Assembly: GCA_963662465.1 (NCBI GenBank) | Contig: OY759599.1 | Span: forward strand, 3,584,001 to 3,648,000 | Source of the DNA: Desulfatiglandales bacterium | GTDB taxonomy: Bacteria > Desulfobacterota > DSM-4660 > Desulfatiglandales > Desulfatiglandaceae | Length of the DNA: 64,000 nt | Reading direction: 5' to 3' | In this document: piece by piece, positions 49,038 through 59,715 of the stretch | How the letters are laid out: the number at the start of each line of letters is the position of its first letter | Numbering within the stretch: position 1 is the stretch's first letter | Made by a program: the position numbers and the translations under genes | Notes under the pieces: model-generated | Databases searched by the model: none | What the model was told of the DNA's origin: nothing | Seen by the model: only the letters and a program-made list of their open reading frames with translations

Positions 49038-51211
49038 TTGATGACTTGGAAAGAAAGGGCATATTGCGGCGCGTTGACCGCTTTAGATGCAGGGAAATCA
49101 GTGCTGCTCATGGGCTGGGTCGATGCCATACGGGACCATGGCAACATTCTTTTTTTTCATATGAGGGATGTGCGCGGCATTGTTCAGGTGGTTTTTGATC
49201 CGAAAGAAGACAGCGCGTTTATAATGCAGCATCCCTGATACGCGAAGAGTATGTGATTGAGGTGCGAGGCCGGGTGACCCTGAGGCGAAAAGACGCCCTG
49301 AACCCCGCCCTGCCGACGGGTCAAATTGAAGTATTGGCCACGGGGTTGAGAATATTGGCAAAATCAAAAACCATGCCCTTTCAGATCAGTGAAAAGGCCA
49401 TGGTATTCGGCGAGGAGATTCAAGCCGGCCCCGAGAATGTGGATGAAGAAATAAGGCTCAGATACCGATACCTGGATCTTCGCAGGCCTTCCGTACAGGA
49501 CACCTTTATTAAACGATACCGGATCATCAAATGTATTCGAGATTTCCTGGATCCCTTAAACTTCATTGAAATCGAAACCCCTTTTCTGACCCGAAGCACC
49601 CCTGAAGGGGCAAGGGATTACCTGGTTCCCAGTCGGGTTCATCACGGAAAGTTTTATGCCCTGCCCCAATCGCCGCAACTGTTTAAACAACTGCTCATGA
49701 TCGGCGGCATGGACCGATATTTTCAGATTGCACGATGCTTTCGCGATGAAGACCTGCGGCCCAATCGACAACCGGAGTTTACCCAACTGGACCTGGAGGC
49801 TTCCTTTATTGACGAAGAATTCATCTATGAAACCATTGAAGCATTGATCGTCCAAATGTTTGCCATCGGCGACATAGCACTTCAAAGGCCCTTTCCCAGG
49901 ATGACTTACGAGACAGCCATGAATCTTTATGGAACGGACCGGCCGGACCTCCGTTTTGGTATGGCTTTTGTGGATGTAACGAATATTTTTCAGAACACCG
50001 ACTACGCCATATTCCGACAAATCATCGACAAGGGAGGAGAAATCAGAGGATTCTCCGTCAAAGACCCGACTGGCGCCCTCAGCAAAAATATCCTGCAAAA
50101 TGATTATGCAAAAACCATCGTGCCCCGATTCGGCGCAAAGGGATTGAGCTGGATGAAGGTATTTGACGGAAAACTGCAATCCAATATCGTCCAGTTTTTC
50201 AGTCCCGGGGAACAGGAAGGACTGATGGAATGTTTCGGGGCCCAGGACGGAGATGTCCTCATGATGATTGCCGATGAATCCGGCGACCTGGTCAAAAAAG
50301 TACTCGGAAGACTTCGACGCCATGTGGCTGAACGACTGAACCTGATTCCCGAAGACCAATGGCGACCCCTTTGGGTCACGGATTTTCCCCTCTTTGAATT
50401 GAAGGACGGCCAAATCGGAAGCCAGCATCATCCCTTTACCATGCCCGACAAAACGGATTTTGATCCCGATAATATGGCAGCGCTTCAGGCCCTTAATTCA
50501 AGGGCGTATGATCTGGTCATGAACGGCGAGGAACTGGGCGGCGGCAGCATCCGTATCCACAGCATGGATATTCAGAAAAAGATCTTTCACGCCCTGGGAC
50601 TGAGCCGGGAAGAAACCACGGCCAAATTCGGTTTTTTCCTTAAAGCCCTGGAATACGGCGCCCCACCCCATGCGGGCCTGGCCCTTGGACTGGATCGCGT
50701 CATTGCCATGATACTCCGTACACCCTCCATTCGGGATGTCATCGCATTCCCCAAAAACCGTAAAGCCTTCTGCCCCTTGACCGAGGCCCCTTCCACGGCG
50801 GATAATCTCCAGCTTGAAGAGTTGGGCCTGAATATTTTCTCAGGCGTTGAGACGGAAGAATCCTTGAAAAGCTCGGGAAGATCCGCCAAAGAAACAACAC
50901 CCCCAGGCAACGTAAAAACCGAAAAAATATCCAGGGAAGAGGTCAATCACGTGGCCAAACTGGCGCGACTGAAACTTTCAGATCAAGAGACCGATTTTTT
51001 CCAAAAAGACCTCAATTCCATACTGGATTACGTGGAAACCTTAAAAGAACTCGATACGGACCACGTTTCCCCCATGAGCCACGTTCTGAACATGGACAAC
51101 GTCTGGCGGGAAGACCGGCCTGAAGCGTTCAAGGAAACGGAACCCTTGCTTCAAAACGCCCCCATGAAAGAAAAGGGCTACTACAAAGTGCCCAAAATAT
51201 TGGAAGGTTAG
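49038..51211 (+). CDS. aspS: Aspartyl-tRNA synthetase fused to GatC (apparent frameshift near 49220)
   Basis: GWVDAIRDHG, RYRYLDLRR, STPEGARDY, FRDEDLR, GLDR, IAFPK, then VNHVAKLARL...YKVPKIL (GatC). Confidence 0.9.
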
Positions 51212-51215
51212 AATT

Positions 51216-52676
51216 TTGGAAAGTCAAACCACAAAACTGTGCGACCTAAGCGCCATGGAACTGGCCCGAATGCTGAGGAAGGGGGAAATCAGCGCAAGGG
51301 AAATCACCGAATCGGTTTTCAAAAGAATTGATGAGCGGGAAGACACCATCAATGCCTTTATCACCACAACCCGGGAAACCGCTTTCACCCAAGCCGATGA
51401 AGCTGACGCAAAATTCAAGCGAGGCGGCGATATTCCCCCTTTAACCGGCATCCCCATTGCGGTCAAAGACCTCCTGTGTACGAAAGGCGCCAAAACCACC
51501 TGCGGCTCCAGAATCCTTAAGGACTTTGTCCCCACCTACAATGCCACCGCCGTGAAGAAAGTTCTTGACGCCGGCGCCGTTCTGGTAGGCAAAACCAACA
51601 TGGATGAGTTCGGCATGGGATCTTCCACGGAAAACAGCATTATCGGCCCCACCCGGAACCCCGTGGACCCGGAACGGGTAGCAGGGGGCTCCAGCGGCGG
51701 TTCGGCGGCAGCCGTCGGCTCGGGCGAAAGCATTCTGGCCCTGGGCACGGATACGGGCGGGTCCATCCGTCAACCCTCAGCCTTTTGCGGCGTCACCGGC
51801 ATTAAACCCACCTACGGCAGGGTTTCCCGCTACGGCTTGATCGCCTATGCCTCGTCGCTGGATCAAATCGGCGCCATCGGAAAAACTGTTGCGGATTGTG
51901 CCATGCTGCTGAACGTCATCTGCGGCCATGACCCACGGGATACCACCTCCGCCAATGTGGCGACACCAAATTTTCTGGAAACCCCGCAACAGGATATCGA
52001 GGGCATCCGAATCGGAATTCCCGAAGAATTCTTTGCGGAAGGACTGGACTTACGCATCAAAGAGACGGTCCTTAAGGCTGTCGGTCTCCTTGAGAAGAAC
52101 GGCGCACAAATTGTTCCCATCAACCTGCCGCACAGTCCCTATGCGGTCAGCGCTTACTATCTGATCGCCACGGCTGAAGCGAGCAGCAATCTGGCGCGAT
52201 ATGACGGCGTCAAGTATGGTTTCAGAAATGAAGGGGATATGGCCGACTGCATGGAAATGTATGAAAAAACCCGAACCACCGGCTTCGGCATGGAGGTCAA
52301 ACGGAGGATCATGCTCGGCGCCTATGTTCTCTCAGCAGGCTATTACGACGCCTATTACCTGAAAGCCCAGAAAGCCAGGACATTGATCAAGCAGGATTTT
52401 GATAAAGCCTTCCAAAAGGTGGATTGCATCATGACCCCGGTTTCCCCTTGTCTGCCCTTTGCCCTGGGTGAAAAGATGACCGACCCCCTGCAGATGTATC
52501 TGGTGGACATCTACACCGTTTCCCTCAACCTGGCGGGACTCCCCGGCATGAGCCTTCCCTGCGGCAGGGTAGACAACCTGCCGGTGGGACTTCAAATCGT
52601 GGGAAAACACTTTGATGAAGAAACGGTCCTTCAGGTGGGGGCCGCCTACGAGCGAATGTATGGAACAAAGCAATAA
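51216..52676 (+). CDS. gatA: Asp/Glu-tRNA amidotransferase subunit A
   Basis: GGSSGGSAAAV, GTDTGGSIRQP, SSNLARYDGV. Confidence 0.97.
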   Translation: MESQTTKLCDLSAMELARMLRKGEISAREITESVFKRIDEREDTINAFITTTRETAFTQADEADAKFKRGGDIPPLTGIPIAVKDLLCTKGAKTTCGSRILKDFVPTYNATAVKKVLDAGAVLVGKTNMDEFGMGSSTENSIIGPTRNPVDPERVAGGSSGGSAAAVGSGESILALGTDTGGSIRQPSAFCGVTGIKPTYGRVSRYGLIAYASSLDQIGAIGKTVADCAMLLNVICGHDPRDTTSANVATPNFLETPQQDIEGIRIGIPEEFFAEGLDLRIKETVLKAVGLLEKNGAQIVPINLPHSPYAVSAYYLIATAEASSNLARYDGVKYGFRNEGDMADCMEMYEKTRTTGFGMEVKRRIMLGAYVLSAGYYDAYYLKAQKARTLIKQDFDKAFQKVDCIMTPVSPCLPFALGEKMTDPLQMYLVDIYTVSLNLAGLPGMSLPCGRVDNLPVGLQIVGKHFDEETVLQVGAAYERMYGTKQ

Positions 52677-53208
52677 AATCATTTTGTTTCAGGATCGAAA
52701 AATACGCAGGATATGGCTCGAAGATGATTGGCACTTTTCTGTTATTGATATTGTCGGGATTCTGACTGATTCTACAAACCCTCGTGATTATTGGTACAAA
52801 ATGAAAATTCGTGTTAAGGCTGAAGATGGTTTTGAACCGTCGACAGTCTGTCGACAGTTCAAGATGGAAGCGCCTGACGGCAAACAGAGGAAAACGGACT
52901 GTGCCAATACAGAAGGAATTTTACGCATAATCCAATCTATCCCATCGCCAAAAGCCGAACCTTTCAAACGCTGGTTGGCAAAAGTGGGCTATGAGCGAGT
53001 AGGCGAAAAAGTAACCACGGAAATATCAGAGCAGGAAAAACCAGACACTTTTACCGACAATAAAAAAGTCGCTAAGCGTGGCGGCGCCGTTGCGGGTAAT
53101 GCTAGAAAAGACACGGAAAAAGAATTGGGAAGAAGTATTGTTTCTGAAGAAAATTATTTGTCGGATCAATTACCTAATAATAGGCAAAATAAGCTGAGCA
53201 ACAAGTGA
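52660..53208 (+). pseudogene. Bro-N domain protein, probably internally deleted
   Basis: IRRIW...FSVIDIV...SIPSPKAEPFKRWLA; joins directly to the C-terminal GEKVTTEIS segment. Confidence 0.65.
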
Positions 53209-53242
53209 ACGCTACGAAGCTGAGCAACAAGTGAACGCTACG
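53191..53242 (+). repeat. 26-bp perfect tandem duplication
   Basis: AAGCTGAGCAACAAGTGAACGCTACG twice. Confidence 0.9.
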
Positions 53243-53297
53243 ATTATGAACTTGCCTGGTTTCCATACTCCGGTGTGGGCGCCCATAGATATGTACG

Positions 53298-53325
53298 CAT
53301 TCCCACGCTAGAGCGTGGGAACGAG
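53298..53325. repeat. REP-like palindrome
   Basis: CATTCCCACGCTAGAGCGTGGGAACGAG. Confidence 0.65.
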
Positions 53326-53360
53326 AAAAGCTAACGGCTAAAATCTCAGGAATAACAACC

Positions 53361-54815
53361 ATGGAATACGATGCCATTATTTGCTTTGAAACACACGTTG
53401 AACTGAAAACCAAAACGAAACTGTTCTGCGGTTGCCGGGTGGCTTACGACATCCCTCCCAACACCGAAATCTGTCCGGTTTGTACGGGACAACCGGGCGC
53501 CCTTCCCGTTCTCAACAAAAAGGCCGTGGAATACGCCGTTCGTGCGGGCCTGGCCCTTGATTGCAGCATCAACCGGCGATCGCGGTTTGCCCGAAAGAAC
53601 TATTTCTATCCCGATTTGCCCAAAGGGTATCAAATCTCCCAGTATGAACTGCCCTTTTGTGAAAACGGGCATCTTGAAATCACGGGAGACGATGGAAAGC
53701 CCTACCCCGTCGGCATCAAACGAATTCATTTGGAGGAGGATGCCGGGAAACTGGTGCATTCATCTGATTCCTTTGACGACGCCGACTACAGCCTGGTGGA
53801 CTATAATCGCAGCAGCGTACCGCTCCTTGAGATCGTGGGAGACCATGAACGAAATCCCCTACGTTCCATTCCGGAAGCCCGGGCTTATCTGGATAAGTTG
53901 AAACAGATTCTCCGATACATCGGCATCAGCGACTGCAAAATGGAAAAGGGACAGCTTCGTTGCGACGTAAACCTCTCCATGCGCCCCGTGGGGAGCCGAG
54001 AATTCGGCAACCGGACCGAAGTCAAAAACATGTCCTCCTTCCGATTCATGATGGAAGCGCTGGAATACGAAATGAAGCGGCAGGTGGAAATCCTGGAATC
54101 CGGCGGCGCCATTGACCAGGAAACCCTCCTTTTTGATGAAATAAAACGCATCACCCGTCCCATGCGAAGCAAGGAAAATGCTCCGGACTATCGCTATTTC
54201 CCAGACCCGGACCTGCTGGAGGTAAATCTCGAAGCCCCATTTATTCAAGACATTGAAAAGGCGCTGCCTGAACTGCCGCACCAGAGGATCAAGCGGATCA
54301 TGGATGAACATGGCATTCCCAAGGACGATGCCTTGATCCTGACCAAGGACAAAGGGACATCGGACTATTTTTCCGCCTGCGTTCCCCATTGCCGGAATAC
54401 CAGGAAGCTGAGTCATTGGATCATCAAGGAGCTTTTCCGCCTTCTCAAAGAAGCATCCCGCACCATGGAAGAATGTCCGGTCCAACCGAAAGACTGCGCA
54501 CAACTGGTCAACCTGGTGGATCAAGGAGAAGTAACCCCTGGAATCGGCAGAGAAATCCTGGACGACATGTTTAAGACCGGACAAGATCCCAAAACCATCA
54601 TTGATCAAAAGGGTTTGAAACCCATCCAGGACGACGACCGGCTGGAAACCTTTCTGGATGAAGCCATAAACGAAAATCCCAAGGTGGTTTCCCAAATCAA
54701 GGAAGGGAATCTAAAACCCATTGACTTTCTGGTGGGTCAGGTCATGAGAAAAAGCAAAGGCAAAGCCAATCCCAAGTCGGTCATCCAATTGATTCACCGG
54801 AAGCTGGACGTATAA
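53361..54815 (+). CDS. gatB: Asp/Glu-tRNA amidotransferase subunit B
   Basis: RKNYFYPDLPKGYQISQ, HLEEDAGK, DYRYFPDPDL. Confidence 0.97.
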   Translation: MEYDAIICFETHVELKTKTKLFCGCRVAYDIPPNTEICPVCTGQPGALPVLNKKAVEYAVRAGLALDCSINRRSRFARKNYFYPDLPKGYQISQYELPFCENGHLEITGDDGKPYPVGIKRIHLEEDAGKLVHSSDSFDDADYSLVDYNRSSVPLLEIVGDHERNPLRSIPEARAYLDKLKQILRYIGISDCKMEKGQLRCDVNLSMRPVGSREFGNRTEVKNMSSFRFMMEALEYEMKRQVEILESGGAIDQETLLFDEIKRITRPMRSKENAPDYRYFPDPDLLEVNLEAPFIQDIEKALPELPHQRIKRIMDEHGIPKDDALILTKDKGTSDYFSACVPHCRNTRKLSHWIIKELFRLLKEASRTMEECPVQPKDCAQLVNLVDQGEVTPGIGREILDDMFKTGQDPKTIIDQKGLKPIQDDDRLETFLDEAINENPKVVSQIKEGNLKPIDFLVGQVMRKSKGKANPKSVIQLIHRKLDV

Positions 54816-54841
54816 AACGGTTTACAGTTACCGGTTCACGG

Positions 54842-55762
54842 TTGAAAATGCGAAACCCCCGCCCCAACCGAGCCCTTTCCAAGACCATCAGATATGGGGG
54901 CTATCTCCTTATCCTTCTCTTCATGGTGTTAACAAACGCCTGCATCGACAAGGATGAAATTCTCCGGGAAGGCGCCCGCATCAGTATTCCCGGGGACGAC
55001 ATCGTAATGTCCGGCATTCTCTATAGCCCCGATGATCCCGGCAAAAGTGATCCTGCCATCGTGGTTCTCCATGGCTGGCTGGAGCCCGAGGAAAACGGCG
55101 CGGAAATCGTCAGCATCGTGGCCTGGCACCTGGCCAGGGAAGGTTATGTAACACTGGCCCTTTCCATGCGTGGATGGCCCGACACGGGGGACAAAGACGA
55201 TTGCGGTGGAAAACAACCCGTTGATGTAGTCGAGGCGGTCCGGTGGCTTTCCCGACAACCCGGCGTCAATCCCAACCGCATCGGTCTGCTGGGGTTTTCC
55301 CAAGGGGGACAGGTAGCCCTTCTAGCAGCAGCCCTTACCCGGGAAATCAAAGCCGTTGTGGCCTTTTTTCCCGTCGCCGATCTTAACCGCTGGGCCCAAA
55401 CCACCCAAACCCCAGGCATCAAAGAGGGATATATTCCCAACGTCTGCGCCAAAGGACTGGGATTGAAAGCGAAATCCCCCATAACCGCTGCCTGCGCCAT
55501 TGACGCACCCACATTGCTGATCCACGGGGACCAAGACACGCGGGTTCCCATGGATCAGAGCCTCGAAATGGCAAAAGTCATGCTGGATTGCGGCGGAAAG
55601 GTTCAGCTTCAACTGGTTAAGGGTGGCGAACATATGCTCAAGAAAGGGCACGAGGGATGGATTGAGGCTTGGGAGCAAGCAAAAGCGTTCTTAGGAGAAC
55701 ACCTCAAACAAATGCCGCCTCAAAAACCGATAAAAGCTGATGGTAAGGGAGCGGACAGGTGA
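54842..55762 (+). CDS. Alpha/beta hydrolase (S9-like), possible lipoprotein
   Basis: GFSQG nucleophile motif, HGDQD, GEH. Confidence 0.85.
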   Translation: MKMRNPRPNRALSKTIRYGGYLLILLFMVLTNACIDKDEILREGARISIPGDDIVMSGILYSPDDPGKSDPAIVVLHGWLEPEENGAEIVSIVAWHLAREGYVTLALSMRGWPDTGDKDDCGGKQPVDVVEAVRWLSRQPGVNPNRIGLLGFSQGGQVALLAAALTREIKAVVAFFPVADLNRWAQTTQTPGIKEGYIPNVCAKGLGLKAKSPITAACAIDAPTLLIHGDQDTRVPMDQSLEMAKVMLDCGGKVQLQLVKGGEHMLKKGHEGWIEAWEQAKAFLGEHLKQMPPQKPIKADGKGADR

Positions 55763-55773
55763 AGTGCCGCATT

Positions 55774-56700
55774 TCATGAGGATGCGACGTTGGCCATCCG
55801 GTCCAATACCAGAACCACCAAAAAACCAACCCCCACCAGGCAAAGCGCGTAACCCACCTCCAGGCTCCATTGGGTGGGAAGGATATTGTGTTGGACAAGG
55901 GGTACGACCTTTCCCCCACTGCCCACGAAACTTTCCACGGTTTCCTTAAAGGGCCAGATCTTTCGCAGGGACCCCAGCATCAATCCAGTCAGGAAAGCCA
56001 CCATATAATCGTGGTATTTTGTCAGCAACCAGCCCAACAGGCGGGAAAAAAGGGCGAGACCCACGCATGCCCCCGCCGCCACAATCAAAAGGACCAGCAG
56101 GTTCCTTTCATTGACCGCGTTAAGGATATACTGATATTTTCCCATCAGCACCAGGATAAAAGAACCGGAAATACCAGGCAGAATCATGGCGCAAATGGCA
56201 ACGGCCCCGGAGATAAAAAGGAACCACGGATCATTGGGCGTGGCGCCGGGCATTAATCCCACCAGGACATAAATGCCCACCAGTCCGCCCAGCAAACTGC
56301 ACCAGGTAAGGGGCTTCCAGATTTTAACCCGCTTTACGACCGTCAATACCGAAGCCAGAATCAACCCGAGAAAAAAAGACCAGATCAGCACGGGCCGGTT
56401 CTCAAGCAACCAGGACAAGACTTTTGAAAGACTGAAAATCGCCAGGAGAATGCCGCATCCCAGCGCCAGAAGAAAAGGCCATTTTGTACGGTTCAAGAGG
56501 TCCCGAATTCTAAGGGTCGCCATCAACTTGAGACTTTCCAAATCAAAGGACCGTATGGCATTGATGAGTTCTTCGTAAATACCCAGGATAAATGCCATGG
56601 TGCCGCCGGAAACGCCCGGCACCACATCCGCCGCGCCCATGCAGAACCCCTTGGCGGTCAGGAGCAGATAATCCCTGAAAGATCTGTCGTCAGATTGCAT
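55774..56700 (-). CDS. DUF368 membrane protein (putative undecaprenyl-phosphate translocase)
   Basis: ADVVPGVSGGT and AMILPGISGS repeats. Confidence 0.9.
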   Translation of the reverse strand: MQSDDRSFRDYLLLTAKGFCMGAADVVPGVSGGTMAFILGIYEELINAIRSFDLESLKLMATLRIRDLLNRTKWPFLLALGCGILLAIFSLSKVLSWLLENRPVLIWSFFLGLILASVLTVVKRVKIWKPLTWCSLLGGLVGIYVLVGLMPGATPNDPWFLFISGAVAICAMILPGISGSFILVLMGKYQYILNAVNERNLLVLLIVAAGACVGLALFSRLLGWLLTKYHDYMVAFLTGLMLGSLRKIWPFKETVESFVGSGGKVVPLVQHNILPTQWSLEVGYALCLVGVGFLVVLVLDRMANVASS

Positions 56701-56739
56701 TATATTTCCAAATTCAAAAGTTGTCCGGTTTTCCCGGGA

Positions 56740-57543
56740 TCAGGAAAGGATGAGGGTCAAGGCGCCCACGACCCAGCAATAGGGCGCAAAATAATAAAAA
56801 TGTCCCTTCTTGACCATGCCCATCAGCAGTTTCAAAGCAAAAAAGCCCACCACTGCCGATGAAACAAAGCCCACCGTCAGGGGCATCACACCGACCCTCG
56901 CGATGGCATCCGTCTCCAACTGGAGACCTACGGCCCCGATAATGGCCGGAATAGAGAGCAAAAAAGAGAACCGGCCCGCGGTTTCCCGCTTCAATCCCAG
57001 CAGAAGGGCGCATACAATGGTGGACCCTGAACGGGAAATACCGGGAATTATCGCCAACCCCTGAACGGTCCCAATAGCAAGGGCCATCCAGACCCCCACC
57101 TGATCCCATTTGCCGTGGTTTTGGGAAATGAATTTGGTAACCCCCACAATCAAACCGGTCGCCAACAGCATAACCCCCACGGTGGCGACCGAGCCAAACA
57201 GCGCCTCAAGAGGATCCTTGAAAATCAGACCGATGAAAGCCGTGGGGATGGACCCCACCACCACCATCAATGCGAGCAAAGCATGAGACCCAAGCCCAGC
57301 CCCGCTCTTACTTCCCGGCGTCAGCCAGGCCCACAGTTCCTGAATCATTTTTTTGAGATCCGACCGAAAATAAATACATACGGCCAACAAGGTTCCCAGA
57401 TGCAGGGAAGCGTCCAAGAGAATTTCAGGCTCCTTGAAACCCAGCAGATTCTCAAATATGACCAAATGACCCGAACTGCTGACCGGCAGGAACTCCGTCA
57501 ACCCCTGAACAACCCCCAGGAATATGGTTTCAAGATTGGTCAT
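56740..57543 (-). CDS. uppP: Undecaprenyl-diphosphate phosphatase
   Basis: QGLTEFLPVSSSGH, PGISRSGST. Confidence 0.96.
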   Translation of the reverse strand: MTNLETIFLGVVQGLTEFLPVSSSGHLVIFENLLGFKEPEILLDASLHLGTLLAVCIYFRSDLKKMIQELWAWLTPGSKSGAGLGSHALLALMVVVGSIPTAFIGLIFKDPLEALFGSVATVGVMLLATGLIVGVTKFISQNHGKWDQVGVWMALAIGTVQGLAIIPGISRSGSTIVCALLLGLKRETAGRFSFLLSIPAIIGAVGLQLETDAIARVGVMPLTVGFVSSAVVGFFALKLLMGMVKKGHFYYFAPYCWVVGALTLILS

Positions 57544-57723
57544 TAAATCATCTCCTTGGCTTTATGAATACACTGCAAAAACGAATAAAATTAGCGATTA
57601 CTATGTTATTATAAGGCCTTACTGGTATTGTCAACTGATTTATGAAACCGATGTTGAATTATGGGGCCGAAGCTGTTAGGCTGTCTTCAATATCTCATTC
57701 ATTCACAAGGAGGGTCAAAAAGA

Positions 57724-58233
57724 ATGGTTATCGCGAATATACTGGTGGGCCTTGCACTCTTAATCCTTGGCAAAAAACTCTTCTGGCTCTTTGTAGGCGC
57801 CATCGGCTTCATCGGCGCAAGCGATATGGCCACCCGGTATTTCAGCGGTTTGCCCGATTGGCAAATTCTGATTATCGCCCTTGCAGCAGGGCTCCTGGGC
57901 ACTTTGCTGGCCGTCTTTTTTCAAAAAGCAGCCATCCTTCTGGTGGGGTTTTATGCCGGAGGATACCTGGTAGTTTCCCTGTTCAGCATGCTGAGCATGG
58001 CGCCGCCACCTGCCCTGCCCTTTATACCGTTCGTTGTCGGCGGTATTCTGGGCGCCGTATCGCTGTATCTCCTTTTCGACTGGACACTCATTGTTCTGTC
58101 GTCTTTTGCCGGCGCCGCCTATATTTCCCAAACAATTCAAACGAGTGCCGTCTCTTCCGAAATACTCCTGGCGGCGCTGTTTCCGGCAGGGGTCATCATT
58201 CAGGGCATCATGCTGAAAAAGGGAAAAACTTGA
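57724..58233 (+). CDS. DUF4203-like membrane protein
   Basis: RBS AGGAGG; multi-TM Gly-rich ORF. Confidence 0.65.
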   Translation: MVIANILVGLALLILGKKLFWLFVGAIGFIGASDMATRYFSGLPDWQILIIALAAGLLGTLLAVFFQKAAILLVGFYAGGYLVVSLFSMLSMAPPPALPFIPFVVGGILGAVSLYLLFDWTLIVLSSFAGAAYISQTIQTSAVSSEILLAALFPAGVIIQGIMLKKGKT

Positions 58234-58458
58234 ACATGATTCCTGAAAAAATGGTTTGATTTTTAAAAAATATGCCACTACAATTTGGGCATTGGCAGCA
58301 TTTACCTGAAGCCCTGTTTCTCCGTTAATTGGAAACTCCGCAACCCTTGACATAACCTGAATCGTTTCCATCGTACCTGCGAAGGGAGATTTATGTCCTC
58401 AAAGCATTAAGCGTCTTTTCGTTTTTAAACCCTAAAAAAACCGCGAGGAGGTCTATTC

Positions 58459-59661
58459 ATGAAACGACTGGCAAAGGCAACATGTATTTTTTCAATTTTG
58501 GTGTTTCTGGGAACGATGGCAACAGGTCCCGTAATGGCGGAGGACAGCATCAAAGTGGGGGTGGTTCTTCCCCTGACCGGAAAACTGGCTAAATTCGGGG
58601 AAATTGAAAACAAGTCCTTCCTGATGGCCGTGGATGAGATCAATGCGGCAGGCGGCGTTAACGGAAAGAAAATCGAACTCATCATTGAAGATACCACCGG
58701 AAAACCGGACGTGGGCCGCTCGGCCATCGAAAAGCTCATCAGCCGGGACAAAGTCATCGTGTTGGGCGGCGGGTACTCCAGTTCCGTAACCTGGGCCACC
58801 GTCGCCGTAGCACAGCAGCGGAAAGTCCCCTTTCTGGTCAACACGGGCTCCGCCGACCGGATCACGGAACAGGGATGGCAATATATCTTCAGACTCAACC
58901 CCCCCGTGAGTGAATACCCCAAGGCCTTTGGCTCTTTTCTTGAAACCGTGGCCAAGGATGTTAAAACCGTTGTCATTCTTCATGAAAACTCACTTTTCGG
59001 TCAGTCGGGATCCAAGAAATTTGCAAAAACGTGCAAAGAAATGGGGCTTAAAGTTCTCATGAAAGAAGGATATGAAGCGGGCGCCATTGACTTCAAGCCT
59101 CTTCTCGTCAAGGTCAAGGACAAAAATCCGGACCTGGTCTACATGATCAGCTATATCATGGACGCATCTCTTCTCATGCGACAATCCAAGGAACTCAATT
59201 TTAACCCCAAACTTTTTGTGGGGGGAGCAGCCGGATTCACCCTGCCCGAATTCCGGAAAAATGCCGGGGCCGCCTCTGATTTTGTGTTCTCCGCAACCCT
59301 CTGGACCCCCTCCGTCCCCTACCCAGGCGCCAAGGAATACTATGACAAATTCGTAGCCAAATACAATACCCCCACCGAATACCATGGCGCCGAAGCCTAT
59401 GCCGCCATGTATGTACTGGCGGATGCTTTAAAACGGGCCAAGACGCTGACGCCCGAGGGCGTAAGAGAAGCCCTGGCCACAACCCATATGATGACCGCAT
59501 TCGGTCCTGTAAAATTCATTTCCTATGGGAAGATGACCCAGCAAAACAGTCTTCCCACCTTTCTCGTCCAATGGATCAACGGCAAGCTGGAAACGGTCTG
59601 GCCGAAAGACGTCTCTACCCATCAATACGTCTACCCAACACCCGAATGGAATAAGCGATAA
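58459..59661 (+). CDS. livK: Branched-chain amino acid-type ABC substrate-binding protein
   Basis: IKVGVVLPLTG, INAAGGVNG. Confidence 0.9.
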   Translation: MKRLAKATCIFSILVFLGTMATGPVMAEDSIKVGVVLPLTGKLAKFGEIENKSFLMAVDEINAAGGVNGKKIELIIEDTTGKPDVGRSAIEKLISRDKVIVLGGGYSSSVTWATVAVAQQRKVPFLVNTGSADRITEQGWQYIFRLNPPVSEYPKAFGSFLETVAKDVKTVVILHENSLFGQSGSKKFAKTCKEMGLKVLMKEGYEAGAIDFKPLLVKVKDKNPDLVYMISYIMDASLLMRQSKELNFNPKLFVGGAAGFTLPEFRKNAGAASDFVFSATLWTPSVPYPGAKEYYDKFVAKYNTPTEYHGAEAYAAMYVLADALKRAKTLTPEGVREALATTHMMTAFGPVKFISYGKMTQQNSLPTFLVQWINGKLETVWPKDVSTHQYVYPTPEWNKR

Positions 59662-59666
59662 AACAA

Positions 59667-59694
59667 ATAAGGGCGGGGGTTTTCCCGCCCTTAT
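59667..59694. terminator. Intercistronic stem-loop
   Basis: ATAAGGGCGGG-GGTTTT-CCCGCCCTTAT. Confidence 0.6.
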
Positions 59695-59715
59695 AAAACA
59701 AACACGGGGGAGATT

